64,000 bases of DNA from Escherichia coli (GCF_003334765.1 NZ_QOWT01000007.1), one strand, 5' to 3'. Shown: positions 10,970-24,591, counted from the stretch's first letter. Numbers and translations are program-made. Notes: generated by a model not told the origin, from the letters alone.

Positions 10970-11080
10970 TTCCCTAAGGCCGCCTGGCGCGGCCTGACAT
11001 CTCCATGCTCGCCGTCAGGGAGCATATGCGAATCTTCGGATTTGCAGGTACTTACTCGCTTCTTAGAAGGAGAAATGACT

Positions 11081-11509
11081 ATGCGTAACTTCGATTTATC
11101 CCCACTGATGCGTCAATGGATCGGTTTTGACAAACTGGCCAACGCACTGCAAAACGCCGGTGAAAGCCAGAGCTTCCCGCCGTACAACATTGAGAAAAGC
11201 GACGATAACCACTACCGCATTACCCTTGCGCTGGCAGGTTTCCGTCAGGAAGATTTAGAGATTCAACTGGAAGGTACGCGCCTGAGCGTAAAAGGCACGC
11301 CGGAGCAGCCAAAAGAAGAGAAAAAATGGCTGCATCAAGGGCTTATGAATCAGCCATTTAGCCTGAGCTTTACGCTGGCTGAAAATATGGAAGTCTCTGG
11401 CGCAACCTTCGTAAACGGTTTACTGCATATTGATTTAATTCGTAATGAGCCTGAACCCATCGCAGCGCAGCGTATCGCTATCAGCGAACGTCCCGCGTTA
11501 AATAGCTAA
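11081..11509 (+). CDS. ibpB: Small heat shock protein IbpB
   Basis: 142 aa from the ATG at 11081 ([24 protein letters not shown]); paralog of IbpA. Confidence 0.9.
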
Positions 11510-11523
11510 CTAGCTATTCTCTT

Positions 11524-11552
11524 TGCCCCGCCATTCTGGTGGGGCTTTTTTT
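11524..11552 (+). terminator. Rho-independent terminator of ibpAB
   Basis: GCCCCGCCA ... GGTGGGGC hairpin followed by TTTTTTTTG. Confidence 0.6.
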
Positions 11553-11704
11553 GTCTTACTTACTCAACAATGCGTTAAATTTCGACTGTTTAAGATATTT
11601 CGGCACGTTCTTTCCCGTGATAATGTGCGCTATAAGGCAAATCTGCTTCACCGATTCAGCCATAATCCGTAGCAATTAAAATGTTATCTCAAGAGAAATG
11701 GACG

Positions 11705-13366
11705 ATGAGTGATATAGCATTAACGGTCAGTATTCTGGCTTTGGTGGCAGTCGTCGGTTTGTTTATCGGCAACGTCAAATTTCGCGGCATAGGATTAGGT
11801 ATTGGCGGCGTGCTGTTTGGTGGGATCATCGTCGGCCATTTTGTTTCTCAGGCGGGGATGACATTAAGTAGCGATATGCTGCATGTTATTCAGGAATTTG
11901 GCCTGATCCTGTTCGTTTATACTATCGGGATTCAGGTAGGGCCGGGCTTCTTTGCCTCATTGCGCGTCTCCGGATTACGCCTCAACCTGTTTGCTGTTCT
12001 GATCGTCATCATCGGTGGTCTGGTTACCGCCATCCTGCATAAACTGTTTGATATTCCACTGCCGGTAGTGCTGGGGATTTTCTCCGGTGCGGTTACCAAT
12101 ACGCCAGCGCTGGGGGCAGGGCAGCAGATTTTGCGCGACCTGGGTACACCAATGGAAATGGTCGATCAGATGGGGATGAGTTACGCGATGGCGTATCCAT
12201 TCGGCATTTGCGGGATTTTGTTCACCATGTGGATGTTGCGGGTTATTTTCCGCGTCAATGTCGAGACAGAAGCTCAGCAGCACGAGTCTTCACGCACCAA
12301 TGGCGGCGCGCTGATCAAGACTATCAATATTCGCGTTGAGAACCCTAACCTGCATGATTTAGCCATTAAAGATGTACCGATTCTCAACGGCGACAAAATT
12401 ATCTGCTCGCGTCTGAAACGCGAAGAAACCCTAAAAGTTCCTTCGCCAGATACCATTATCCAACTGGGCGATTTGCTGCATCTGGTGGGTCAGCCAGCGG
12501 ATTTACATAATGCGCAACTGGTGATTGGTCAGGAGGTCGATACTTCGCTGTCCACGAAAGGCACTGATTTGCGCGTCGAGCGTGTGGTGGTCACCAATGA
12601 AAACGTGCTCGGAAAACGTATTCGCGACCTGCACTTTAAAGAACGCTATGACGTTGTTATCTCGCGCCTGAACCGTGCCGGGGTCGAACTGGTCGCCAGT
12701 GGCGATATCAGCCTGCAGTTCGGCGATATCCTCAATCTGGTGGGGCGTCCGTCCGCAATTGATGCCGTTGCCAATGTGCTGGGGAATGCGCAGCAAAAAC
12801 TGCAACAGGTTCAGATGCTGCCAGTGTTTATTGGCATCGGGCTAGGCGTATTGTTAGGTTCTATTCCCGTCTTTGTGCCAGGATTCCCGGCCGCGTTGAA
12901 ACTGGGGCTGGCGGGCGGACCGCTGATTATGGCGTTGATCCTCGGGCGTATCGGCAGTATCGGCAAGCTGTACTGGTTTATGCCGCCAAGCGCCAACCTC
13001 GCGCTGCGGGAGCTGGGGATCGTGCTGTTCCTCTCGGTCGTTGGTCTGAAATCTGGTGGGGATTTTGTGAATACCCTGGTCAATGGCGAAGGGCTAAGCT
13101 GGATTGGTTATGGTGCCCTGATCACCGCCGTTCCGCTGATTACTGTTGGCATTCTGGCGCGGATGTTAGCCAAAATGAATTACCTGACCATGTGCGGGAT
13201 GCTGGCAGGTTCCATGACCGATCCTCCGGCGCTGGCGTTTGCTAATAATCTTCATCCAACCAGCGGTGCGGCGGCGCTCTCTTACGCCACTGTCTATCCG
13301 TTGGTAATGTTCCTGCGCATTATCACCCCCCAATTACTGGCGGTGCTCTTCTGGAGTATCGGTTAA
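11705..13366 (+). CDS. yidE: Putative transporter YidE (AAE family, two TrkA-C domains)
   Basis: 553 aa from the ATG at 11705 ([20 protein letters not shown]...). Confidence 0.85.
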
Positions 13367-14079
13367 CTCTTTTCCGGGTGGAGTCGCCGTAAATGGTACT
13401 CCACCTGGTATTCGCTGGCATTTCTGAACATCACTGAATAATTCAAAAACTCCCCGCTCTCGCTATATGACAACGAGGTGATCCGCAGCAGTGGCGTGTG
13501 TTCCGCTACCTTCATTTGCCGCGCCAGCAGTCTATCGGCGAGCACTGGCGTCAGGCTTTCATAATTACCGCCAATCAAAATCCCGCACTCTTGTTCAATA
13601 TATTCAAACTTCGACCCTTCCAGATGTTGCAGCGAAAGATTACGGAACAGTTTTACCGGCATATAGCTGTCTTCCAGCATCAGCGGTTTCCCTTCCACAA
13701 AACGAACGCGACGGGAGAAGTAGATCTGCTCGTTGATTTGAATCCGTAACTGGCTGGCAATGGCCGGAGGCGCAGGCATGATTTCAAAAATCAGCACCTG
13801 GCTGGTGACCGTTTTTCCCTGCCGTTTTAACACCTCCACCAGCCCGGTCAGACTGGCGGTTTGATGCAGTACATCTTTGCGCACCAGGTAAGTGCCACTA
13901 CCGTGGCGGCGGACCACCAGCCCCCACGCTACCAGCAGGTCAATGGCTTTACGGATGGTCATCCGCGATACCGCAAACTCTTCCGCCAGCTTTTTTTCAC
14001 CGGGAAGAAGGCTGTTTAGCGTGAAATCTGCGGAGTTAAGTCGAATTCTTAACCGCTCCGCAATGCTTTTGTAGATCAT
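13363..14079 (-). CDS. yidP: GntR/HutC-family transcriptional regulator YidP
   Basis: 238 aa from [45 protein letters not shown] (HTH) with a UTRA-like C-domain; the track ORF is extended upstream. Confidence 0.8.
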
Positions 14080-14374
14080 CTCTAGATCTCTTTTTTGCCT
14101 GCAAGCCCGGGTAATGCGCACACAAGTTCTGCTTAATCGATTGAAAAAACATCTTTTTTTTAAAGATGTGTTCGATGCTGTGTACCTGTGCTCACAGAGG
14201 TCTACTTTTTCGCGAAAACGTAGATCTCTACCGCCCAACGAAAAGCATGAAAGCGATCACGAATCCCATTGGGTCGTCATGTTCTGCCGATCGCATCTTC
14301 CTATCCTCGCTCCAGGCCTGCCGCATAACCAATCAGGCTTCCTACTTACAGAATTGAGAAAAGAGGATGTGGAA

Positions 14375-17695
<3,321 letters not shown>

Positions 17696-17861
17696 TTTAA
17701 TATCCCTCCGGCGAATTATGCTCACAACCTGAACTTAACAGAAAACAATCCGTTCAGGGATACGACGTTTGTATTTTAAGAATCTGACTGCCTGACCCGA
17801 CGCATTTTACCTCTCCCTATATTCATGCGTCCGGGACATAAACATAAATAAGGGCTATGAG

Positions 17862-19814
17862 ATGAATTCGTTACAAATCTTGAGTTTTGTCGGTTTTACG
17901 CTGCTGGTGGCGGTGATCACCTGGTGGAAGGTCCGCAAAACAGATACCGGATCGCAACAAGGCTATTTTCTTGCCGGACGTTCACTAAAAGCGCCGGTTA
18001 TTGCCGCTTCGTTAATGCTAACCAACCTTTCCACGGAACAACTGGTCGGCCTTTCCGGGCAGGCCTACAAAAGCGGCATGTCGGTGATGGGCTGGGAAGT
18101 GACTTCAGCGGTGACGCTGATCTTCCTCGCGCTAATCTTTTTACCGCGCTATCTGAAGCGCGGCATTGCCACCATCCCCGATTTTCTGGAGGAACGTTAT
18201 GATAAAACGACGCGTATTATCATCGACTTCTGCTTCCTAATTGCCACCGGCGTCTGCTTTCTGCCGATTGTTCTCTACTCCGGCGCGTTGGCGCTCAACA
18301 GCCTGTTTCACGTCGGGGAATCGCTACAGATTTCTCACGGTGCGGCTATCTGGCTACTGGTAATTTTGCTTGGTCTGGCGGGAATTTTGTATGCGGTGAT
18401 CGGCGGACTGCGCGCAATGGCAGTGGCGGACTCCATCAACGGTATTGGGCTGGTTATCGGCGGGTTGATGGTGCCGGTATTTGGCCTGATCGCGATGGGC
18501 AAGGGCAGCTTTATGCAGGGCATTGAGCAACTCACCACCGTTCACGCCGAGAAATTAAACTCAATCGGTGGCCCGACCGATCCCTTGCCGATTGGCGCGG
18601 CATTTACCGGTTTGATTCTGGTGAACACCTTTTACTGGTGTACAAATCAGGGCATCGTGCAACGCACGCTGGCGTCAAAAAGCCTGGCGGAAGGGCAAAA
18701 GGGGGCGCTGTTAACGGCGGTGCTGAAAATGCTCGACCCGCTGGTACTGGTGCTGCCAGGGTTGATTGCGTTTCATCTGTATCAGGATTTACCGAAAGCC
18801 GACATGGCCTACCCGACGCTGGTCAATAACGTTCTGCCAGTGCCAATGGTGGGTTTCTTCGGCGCGGTGTTATTTGGTGCGGTGATCAGTACCTTCAACG
18901 GCTTTCTGAATAGCGCCAGTACGTTATTCAGTATGGGTATTTACCGTCGCATCATTAACCAGAATGCCGAGCCGCAGCAGCTGGTCACCGTCGGGCGCAA
19001 ATTTGGTTTCTTTATCGCTATCGTTTCGGTGCTGGTCGCGCCGTGGATCGCCAACGCGCCGCAGGGGCTGTATAGCTGGATGAAACAGCTCAACGGCATT
19101 TACAACGTGCCGCTGGTTACCATCATCATTATGGGCTTTTTCTTCCCGCGCATCCCGGCGCTGGCGGCAAAAGTAGCGATGGGGATTGGCATAATCAGCT
19201 ACATCACCATCAACTATCTGGTGAAGTTCGACTTCCATTTCCTCTATGTGCTGGCCTGTACGTTCTGCATCAACGTGGTCGTGATGCTGGTGATCGGTTT
19301 TATCAAACCGCGCGCCACGCCGTTCACCTTCAAAGATGCGTTTGCGGTGGACATGAAACCGTGGAAAAACGTCAAGATCGCGTCAATTGGCATCCTGTTC
19401 GCGATGATTGGCGTCTATGCCGGGCTGGCTGAATTCGGCGGCTACGGTACGCGCTGGTTAGCGATGATCAGTTATTTCATTGCCGCCGTAGTGATTGTCT
19501 ACCTGATTTTTGACAGCTGGCGGCGGAAGGTATTCGCTTTAATTCCGCCTACACCTGTTCACCGGTTTGTACGCCTGCACGGGCCGGACTATTTACCGGT
19601 ATCTACGCTAACCAGTCCGGCCCGTGGACCAACAACGTCGCGCCAGGCAAAAACATCTCCACTATGGGGCGCTACTTTAAGGATGCCGGCTATCACACCT
19701 GTTACATCGGCAAATGGCATCTCGACGGTCATGACTATTTCGGCACTGGCGAGTGTCCGCCGGAGTGGGACGCTGATTACTGGTTCGATGGGGCGAACTA
19801 TCTTAGCGAACTGA
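17862..19814 (+). CDS. yidK: SSS-family Na+/solute symporter YidK with an aberrant 3' end (reads out of frame into sulfatase DNA)
   Basis: Multi-TM transporter sequence to about codon 550 (...AAVVIVYLIFDSW), then about 100 codons of Pro/Arg/Ser/Thr-rich sequence overlapping the sulfatase gene in another frame; native end probably lost. Confidence 0.7.
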   Translation: MNSLQILSFVGFTLLVAVITWWKVRKTDTGSQQGYFLAGRSLKAPVIAASLMLTNLSTEQLVGLSGQAYKSGMSVMGWEVTSAVTLIFLALIFLPRYLKRGIATIPDFLEERYDKTTRIIIDFCFLIATGVCFLPIVLYSGALALNSLFHVGESLQISHGAAIWLLVILLGLAGILYAVIGGLRAMAVADSINGIGLVIGGLMVPVFGLIAMGKGSFMQGIEQLTTVHAEKLNSIGGPTDPLPIGAAFTGLILVNTFYWCTNQGIVQRTLASKSLAEGQKGALLTAVLKMLDPLVLVLPGLIAFHLYQDLPKADMAYPTLVNNVLPVPMVGFFGAVLFGAVISTFNGFLNSASTLFSMGIYRRIINQNAEPQQLVTVGRKFGFFIAIVSVLVAPWIANAPQGLYSWMKQLNGIYNVPLVTIIIMGFFFPRIPALAAKVAMGIGIISYITINYLVKFDFHFLYVLACTFCINVVVMLVIGFIKPRATPFTFKDAFAVDMKPWKNVKIASIGILFAMIGVYAGLAEFGGYGTRWLAMISYFIAAVVIVYLIFDSWRRKVFALIPPTPVHRFVRLHGPDYLPVSTLTSPARGPTTSRQAKTSPLWGATLRMPAITPVTSANGISTVMTISALASVRRSGTLITGSMGRTILAN

Positions 19815-20908
19815 CGGAAAAAGAGATTAGCCTGTGGCGCAATGGCCTAAACAGCGTCGAAGATTTACAGGCGAACCATATCGACGAAACCTTCACCTGG
19901 GCGCATCGTATCAGCAATCGGGCGGTGGATTTTCTGCAACAGCCTGCGCGCGCAGACGAGCCTTTCCTGATGGTGGTTTCGTATGATGAGCCGCATCACC
20001 CGTTCACCTGTCCGGTGGAGTATTTAGAGAAATACGCTGATTTTTACTACGAGCTGGGCGAGAAAGCACAGGATGACCTGGCTAACAAACCGGAACATCA
20101 CCGCTTATGGGCGCAGGCGATGCCATCGCCAGTCGGTGATGACGGGCTTTATCACCATCCGCTCTATTTTGCCTGTAATGACTTTGTTGATGACCAAATC
20201 GGACGGGTCATCAATGCCTTAACGCCAGAGCAACGTGAAAATACGTGGGTTATTTATACCTCCGATCACGGCGAAATGATGGGCGCACATAAGCTGATCA
20301 GTAAAGGGGCGGCGATGTATGACGACATCACCCGCATTCCGCTGATCATCCGTTCGCCGCAAGGGGAGCGGCGACAGGTCGATACGCCAGTCAGTCATAT
20401 CGATTTACTGCCGACAATGATGGCGCTGGCAGATATTGAAAAACCAGAGATTCTGCCGGGGGAAAATATCCTTGCCGTGAAAGAGCCACGCGGCGTGATG
20501 GTGGAATTTAACCGCTACGAGATTGAGCATGACAGCTTTGGCGGTTTTATTCCGGTGCGTTGCTGGGTGACGGATGACTTTAAACTGGTACTCAACCTCT
20601 TCACCAGTGATGAACTTTACGATCGCCGTAATGACCCAAATGAAATGCATAACCTGATCGATGATATCCGTTTTGCAGACGTTCGCAGCAAAATGCATGA
20701 CGCCTTATTGGATTACATGGACAAAATTCGCGATCCGTTCCGCAGTTACCAATGGAGTCTGCGTCCGTGGCGTAAAGATGCACGGCCGCGCTGGATGGGG
20801 GCGTTTCGTCCACGTCCACAAGATGGCTATTCGCCAGTTGTACGCGACTATGACACCGGCCTACCGACACAAGGGGTGAAGGTGGAGGAGAAAAAACAGA
20901 AGTTCTGA
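19514..20908 (+). pseudogene. yidJ: Cys-type sulfatase YidJ, 5'-truncated (no start codon ahead of the catalytic motif)
   Basis: Sulfatase frame is open only from 19514 (TGA at 19511-13) and begins QLAAEGIRFNSAYTCSPVCTPARAGLFTG (C-x-P-x-R FGly motif); first in-frame ATG is at 19664, downstream of the motif. Confidence 0.7.
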
Positions 20909-20954
20909 CGATAATGCCCGCTGATGATCACCCGGCGGGCATTATTCAGGCTGC

Positions 20955-21404
20955 TTAAACCAGTGAACCGCCGGTCAGGAAGGAAAAGATAAGGAATATC
21001 AGCAAAATGCTGCACACGATGCCGATACCAAAAAGCAAGGTATGGAAAGCCAGCGTCCCGCCGCCAAAAACCAGCGCGCCGCGAATGCCCCAGCGATTTT
21101 CCTTACGCATACCGCCAATAAATGCGCAAAGTAGCGCAGCAATGGCCAGTGCGATACCGCTTTGATTGAGGATTTTATCGACATCTACGTCCTCTTTTTT
21201 CTCCACGGTGGTAATTTTTTCGCCTTTTATTCCGGCGAGAAGACCTCTTTTAATTTCAGCCGTTTTGTCCGCCACGATGCTTTCAAACGTTGGCGGTGGT
21301 GCGGAGAAAGGGCCGAATGAAAAGTGGATAATCCCCATCATTAAAGCGATGGCACCGAACAGCATGCCCAATGAACTGATTTTATTTTGAGCTATGATAC
21401 CCAT
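20955..21404 (-). CDS. yidI: Inner membrane protein YidI
   Basis: 149 aa from MGIIAQNKISSLGMLFGAIALMMGIIHF; several TM segments. Confidence 0.75.
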   Translation of the reverse strand: MGIIAQNKISSLGMLFGAIALMMGIIHFSFGPFSAPPPTFESIVADKTAEIKRGLLAGIKGEKITTVEKKEDVDVDKILNQSGIALAIAALLCAFIGGMRKENRWGIRGALVFGGGTLAFHTLLFGIGIVCSILLIFLIFSFLTGGSLV

Positions 21405-21511
21405 CTGACCTCCTTGTAGCGGATGGCAAAAGCATATCAGGAAACGGGCGGACGAAATTCTTAAAAAAACCGCTAAAGGTAGAGCGTTAGTGAAATTGCA
21501 AAGGAGCAACA

Positions 21512-21859
21512 ATGAAAATTTCCCGCCTCGGAGAAGCGCCTGATTACCGCTTCTCGCTGGCTAATGAGCGTACTTTTCTGGCGTGGATCCGTACTGCACT
21601 AGGATTTCTGGCGGCGGGGGTTGGGCTTGATCAACTTGCGCCAGATTTCGCCACGCCCGTCATTCGCGAACTGCTGGCGTTGTTGTTGTGTCTGTTTTCC
21701 GGCGGGTTAGCGATGTATGGCTACTTGCGCTGGTTACGCAATGAAAAAGCGATGCGTCTGAAAGAGGACCTGCCCTACACCAACAGCTTATTAATCATTA
21801 GCTTAATATTGATGGTCGTGGCGGTGATCGTTATGGGACTGGTGTTGTATGCCGGATAG
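21512..21859 (+). CDS. yidH: Inner membrane protein YidH (DUF202)
   Basis: 115-aa ORF with hydrophobic segments. Confidence 0.8.
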   Translation: MKISRLGEAPDYRFSLANERTFLAWIRTALGFLAAGVGLDQLAPDFATPVIRELLALLLCLFSGGLAMYGYLRWLRNEKAMRLKEDLPYTNSLLIISLILMVVAVIVMGLVLYAG

Positions 21860-22211
21860 CCGCAAAGCCAGACGCATTGCCGACCCAGGACTGCAGCCGG
21901 AGCGCACATCACTGGCGTGGTTTCGTACCATGCTGGGCTACGGCGCGTTGATGGCGTTGGCTATCAAACACAACTGGCACCAGGCGGGCATGTTATTCTG
22001 GATTTCGATTGGCATTCTCGCCATCGTGGCGCTGATCCTCTGGCACTACACCCGTAATCGCAATTTAATGGATGTCACGAATAGCGATTTTTCCCAATTT
22101 CACGTAGTCCGTGACAAATTTTTGATCTCCCTCGCGGTGTTATCTCTCGCAATACTGTTTGCTGTAACGCATATACATCAACTTATCGTATTTATTGAGA
22201 GAGTCGCATGA
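21849..22211 (+). CDS. yidG: Inner membrane protein YidG
   Basis: 120-aa ORF; overlaps the yidH 3' end by 11 nt; membrane segments. Confidence 0.8.
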   Translation: MPDSRKARRIADPGLQPERTSLAWFRTMLGYGALMALAIKHNWHQAGMLFWISIGILAIVALILWHYTRNRNLMDVTNSDFSQFHVVRDKFLISLAVLSLAILFAVTHIHQLIVFIERVA

Positions 22212-22705
22212 CAGGAAGTCAGGTCATTGATGCTGAAGAGGACAGGCATAAACTGGTTGTAGAGTACAAGGATGCTCTGCAACCTGCCGATTTTTATCAC
22301 AATTTCAAACAGCGGGGCATCCGCTCCGTACAGCTCATTCCCTATCTTGAATTTGATGACCGGGGCGATCTGACGGCCGCTTCGGTGACAGCAGAGCTGT
22401 GGGGGAAATTTTTAATTGCCCTGTTCGAGTGTTGGGTGCGGGCAGATATCAGTCGTATCTCGATTGAGCTTTTTGACGCCACCTTACAAAAATGGTGTGG
22501 CAGCGAAAACCCGCAACCGCGCTGTGACTGCCAGGCGTGCGACTGGCATCGCCTGTGCCCGCACGCTCGGCAGGAGACGCCAGACAGCGTGCTTTGTGCG
22601 GGCTATCAGGCGTTTTATTCTTACTCCGCACCGCATATGCGGGTGATGCGTGATCTGATAAAGCAGCATCGTTCTCCCATGGAGCTGATGACGATGCTGC
22701 GGTGA
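22208..22705 (+). CDS. yidF: YidF, Cys-rich protein resembling the C-terminal (SPASM-like) part of an anaerobic sulfatase maturase
   Basis: 165 aa; Cys cluster CDCQACDWHRLCP; no N-terminal radical-SAM CxxxCxxC motif; ATGA overlap with yidG. Confidence 0.75.
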   Translation: MTGSQVIDAEEDRHKLVVEYKDALQPADFYHNFKQRGIRSVQLIPYLEFDDRGDLTAASVTAELWGKFLIALFECWVRADISRISIELFDATLQKWCGSENPQPRCDCQACDWHRLCPHARQETPDSVLCAGYQAFYSYSAPHMRVMRDLIKQHRSPMELMTMLR

Positions 22706-22712
22706 CGTGCGC

Positions 22713-23897
22713 TTAAACGGGCTGCCCCTGATGCGACATCCGCGTCGCCAGCGGCAGCCAGCACAGCACGATCAACAATCCCATTAAGGTCATCAACAAC
22801 CCCAGGCTGCCCTGACCGGTTTGCGGCAACATCGCAGAGAGCGACGCCAGCACGCCGGAACCAATGTTTTGCAGACCGCCGACCAGCGCGCCAGCCGTGC
22901 CCGCCAGGAAGGGGAACGGCTCCATCGCGCCGCTGGTCGCCAGCGGAAACAGCATCCCGGCACCGAAAAAGAACAGCGCGGCGGGAACGAGCAGCGTCCA
23001 GACATTCATCACGCCAAACCAGTCGGGGATCCACATCAGCAAGCCAGCCAGCAGGCAGCAGATAACCGACTGCCACATTAACGTGGAGAAGCGTTTATTG
23101 GGACGTCCGGCAAACCATGCGCCAAAAAACGCTGCCGGAATCGGCAGAATAAACAAAATACTGACCGTCATACTGCTCAGCCCTAACACCGCGCCCATCA
23201 GCACGCCGGAGCAGGCTTCAAAGGCGGCAATCCCGGCCAGACCGCCAATCAGCATCAGCAAATAACAGTTAAAACCGCTGTTACCGAAAAGCGTTTTATA
23301 ACTGGTAAGCAGGCGCGTGCGCGGTGCATCGACCGGACGCGTTTCCGGCATCCAGCGGGCCATACTGAAGGTCACACCAGCACAAAGAACCAACAAAAAG
23401 AGATAACAGGCGCGCCAGTTCCACATCGTATCCAGCAGACCGCCGATTAGCGGTGCGAGCAACGGACTGACGAGAATCCCCATGTTTAACAGGCTGTTAG
23501 CATGGCGCAACTGTGTCCGTTCATATAAGTCTCGCGGTAAAGTACGCGCCATTACGCCGCCAACGCCGGTGCCCATCCCCTGCATCGCGCTGGCGGCAAT
23601 CAACACCGTCAAACTGGAGGTCGTGACCGCGACCAGCGTTGCCAGCATAAAAATGGACATTCCGACGAGGATCACCGGTCGGCGGCCCACGCGGTCGGAA
23701 ATCGGGCCATAAAACAGCTGTGAGACACCGTAAGTCAGCAGATAAGCGCCCATTACGCTCTGCACCGCCCCTTCACGGACGTTGAGATCGCGCGCCATAT
23801 CGGCAATAGCTGGAATATAAATGGTTTGCGCCATCTGACCGACGGCCACGAGTAATACCAACATCAATAACAAATTGACGTTTCTTTGCCTTTTCAT
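22713..23897 (-). CDS. emrD: Multidrug efflux MFS transporter EmrD
   Basis: 394 aa from MKRQRNVNLLLMLVLLVAVGQMAQTIYIPAIADMARDLNV; the track start is an upstream GTG. Confidence 0.9.
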   Translation of the reverse strand: MKRQRNVNLLLMLVLLVAVGQMAQTIYIPAIADMARDLNVREGAVQSVMGAYLLTYGVSQLFYGPISDRVGRRPVILVGMSIFMLATLVAVTTSSLTVLIAASAMQGMGTGVGGVMARTLPRDLYERTQLRHANSLLNMGILVSPLLAPLIGGLLDTMWNWRACYLFLLVLCAGVTFSMARWMPETRPVDAPRTRLLTSYKTLFGNSGFNCYLLMLIGGLAGIAAFEACSGVLMGAVLGLSSMTVSILFILPIPAAFFGAWFAGRPNKRFSTLMWQSVICCLLAGLLMWIPDWFGVMNVWTLLVPAALFFFGAGMLFPLATSGAMEPFPFLAGTAGALVGGLQNIGSGVLASLSAMLPQTGQGSLGLLMTLMGLLIVLCWLPLATRMSHQGQPV

Positions 23898-24063
23898 TAT
23901 CACGGATGCTTTTATAAAAATAATTAGAATAAGTCACTACGCATTCCCATAAATGCGGGAGAGGAATCTATCACATTGATGAATGTTAGCCAGATATACG
24001 CCAGGAATGGGGAATTGTTTAGCGGCAGAATATGTAAACAAAAGCGGCAATAAATGTTGCCGG

Positions 24064-24101
24064 GAGAGATGGTAGGGCGGATAAGATGCGTCAGCATCGC
24101 A
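24064..24101. repeat. REP element
   Basis: GTAGGGCGGATAAGATGCGTCAGCATCGCATCCGACAC, a REP-type imperfect palindrome. Confidence 0.4.
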
Positions 24102-24127
24102 TCCGACACCAACCCGCACGCTAAATA

Positions 24128-24157
24128 TAAAAGGGGAGCGGTTTCCCGCTCCCCTTT
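24128..24157 (-). terminator. Rho-independent terminator downstream of tisB
   Basis: On the minus strand, GGGGAGCGG ... CCGCTCCCC hairpin followed by TTTTATATTT. Confidence 0.55.
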
Positions 24158-24176
24158 GGTGCGACTTGAATCTGAA

Positions 24177-24266
24177 TTACTTCAGGTATTTCAGAACAGC
24201 ATCAAGCAGTTGCAGTGCTGCAACAATGAGTTTGAGGATAAGAATGGCGATATCCACCAGGTTCAT
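24177..24266 (-). CDS. tisB: Type I toxin TisB (29-aa membrane peptide, SOS-induced)
   Basis: Reverse-strand translation gives MNLVDIAILILKLIVAALQLLDAVLKYLK, the TisB sequence; below the 60-aa track cutoff. Confidence 0.9.
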   Translation of the reverse strand: MNLVDIAILILKLIVAALQLLDAVLKYLK

Positions 24267-24502
24267 ACGCGTCTCCTGTGGTTCAGGAGCACTGCCAGCT
24301 GACGTACCTTTCCGCTGCCTGTTGCCAGCTGTTGTGCACGCGGTATCTCAAGGAGAAACGTTGTGCTTGTTGACATAACACAGTGTGCTCACGCGGGGTT
24401 AAGGCGCTGACGGCACCACCCGTTTCAGCCAGGACTTAGTGCGCCGGGTAACGATGCGGCCCCCGCATAACACATTGCGTACAGTGATATTATAGAAGTT
24501 TA

Positions 24503-24518
24503 CTGTATAAATAAACAG
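24503..24518. promoter_or_regulatory. LexA box (SOS operator) for the tisAB / istR-2 divergent promoters
   Basis: CTGTATAAATAAACAG, a perfect CTGT-N8-ACAG match, about 240 bp upstream of tisB. Confidence 0.7.
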
Positions 24519-24591
24519 TAATATTTGGACAAAACGCAAACTGTGATCGATACTCAACTATGCACTAAATACGTCAAAATTCGTGCCGAAA

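Noticed and set aside
14114-14374. N-terminal extension of the glvC track ORF (625 aa from 14114)
   Set aside because: Extension covers the divergent promoter region and has no RBS; ATG at 14375 with AAGAGGA is the credible start.
19515-19814. The C-terminal 100 residues of the 650-aa yidK ORF as a genuine extra domain
   Set aside because: Composition is Pro/Arg/Ser/Thr-rich and the region encodes a sulfatase in another frame; it is read-through, not a domain.
22621-23265. Several 70-150-aa ORFs on both strands within emrD
   Set aside because: Alternative-frame ORFs inside a GC-rich transporter gene; Arg/Pro/Ala-rich composition typical of spurious frames.
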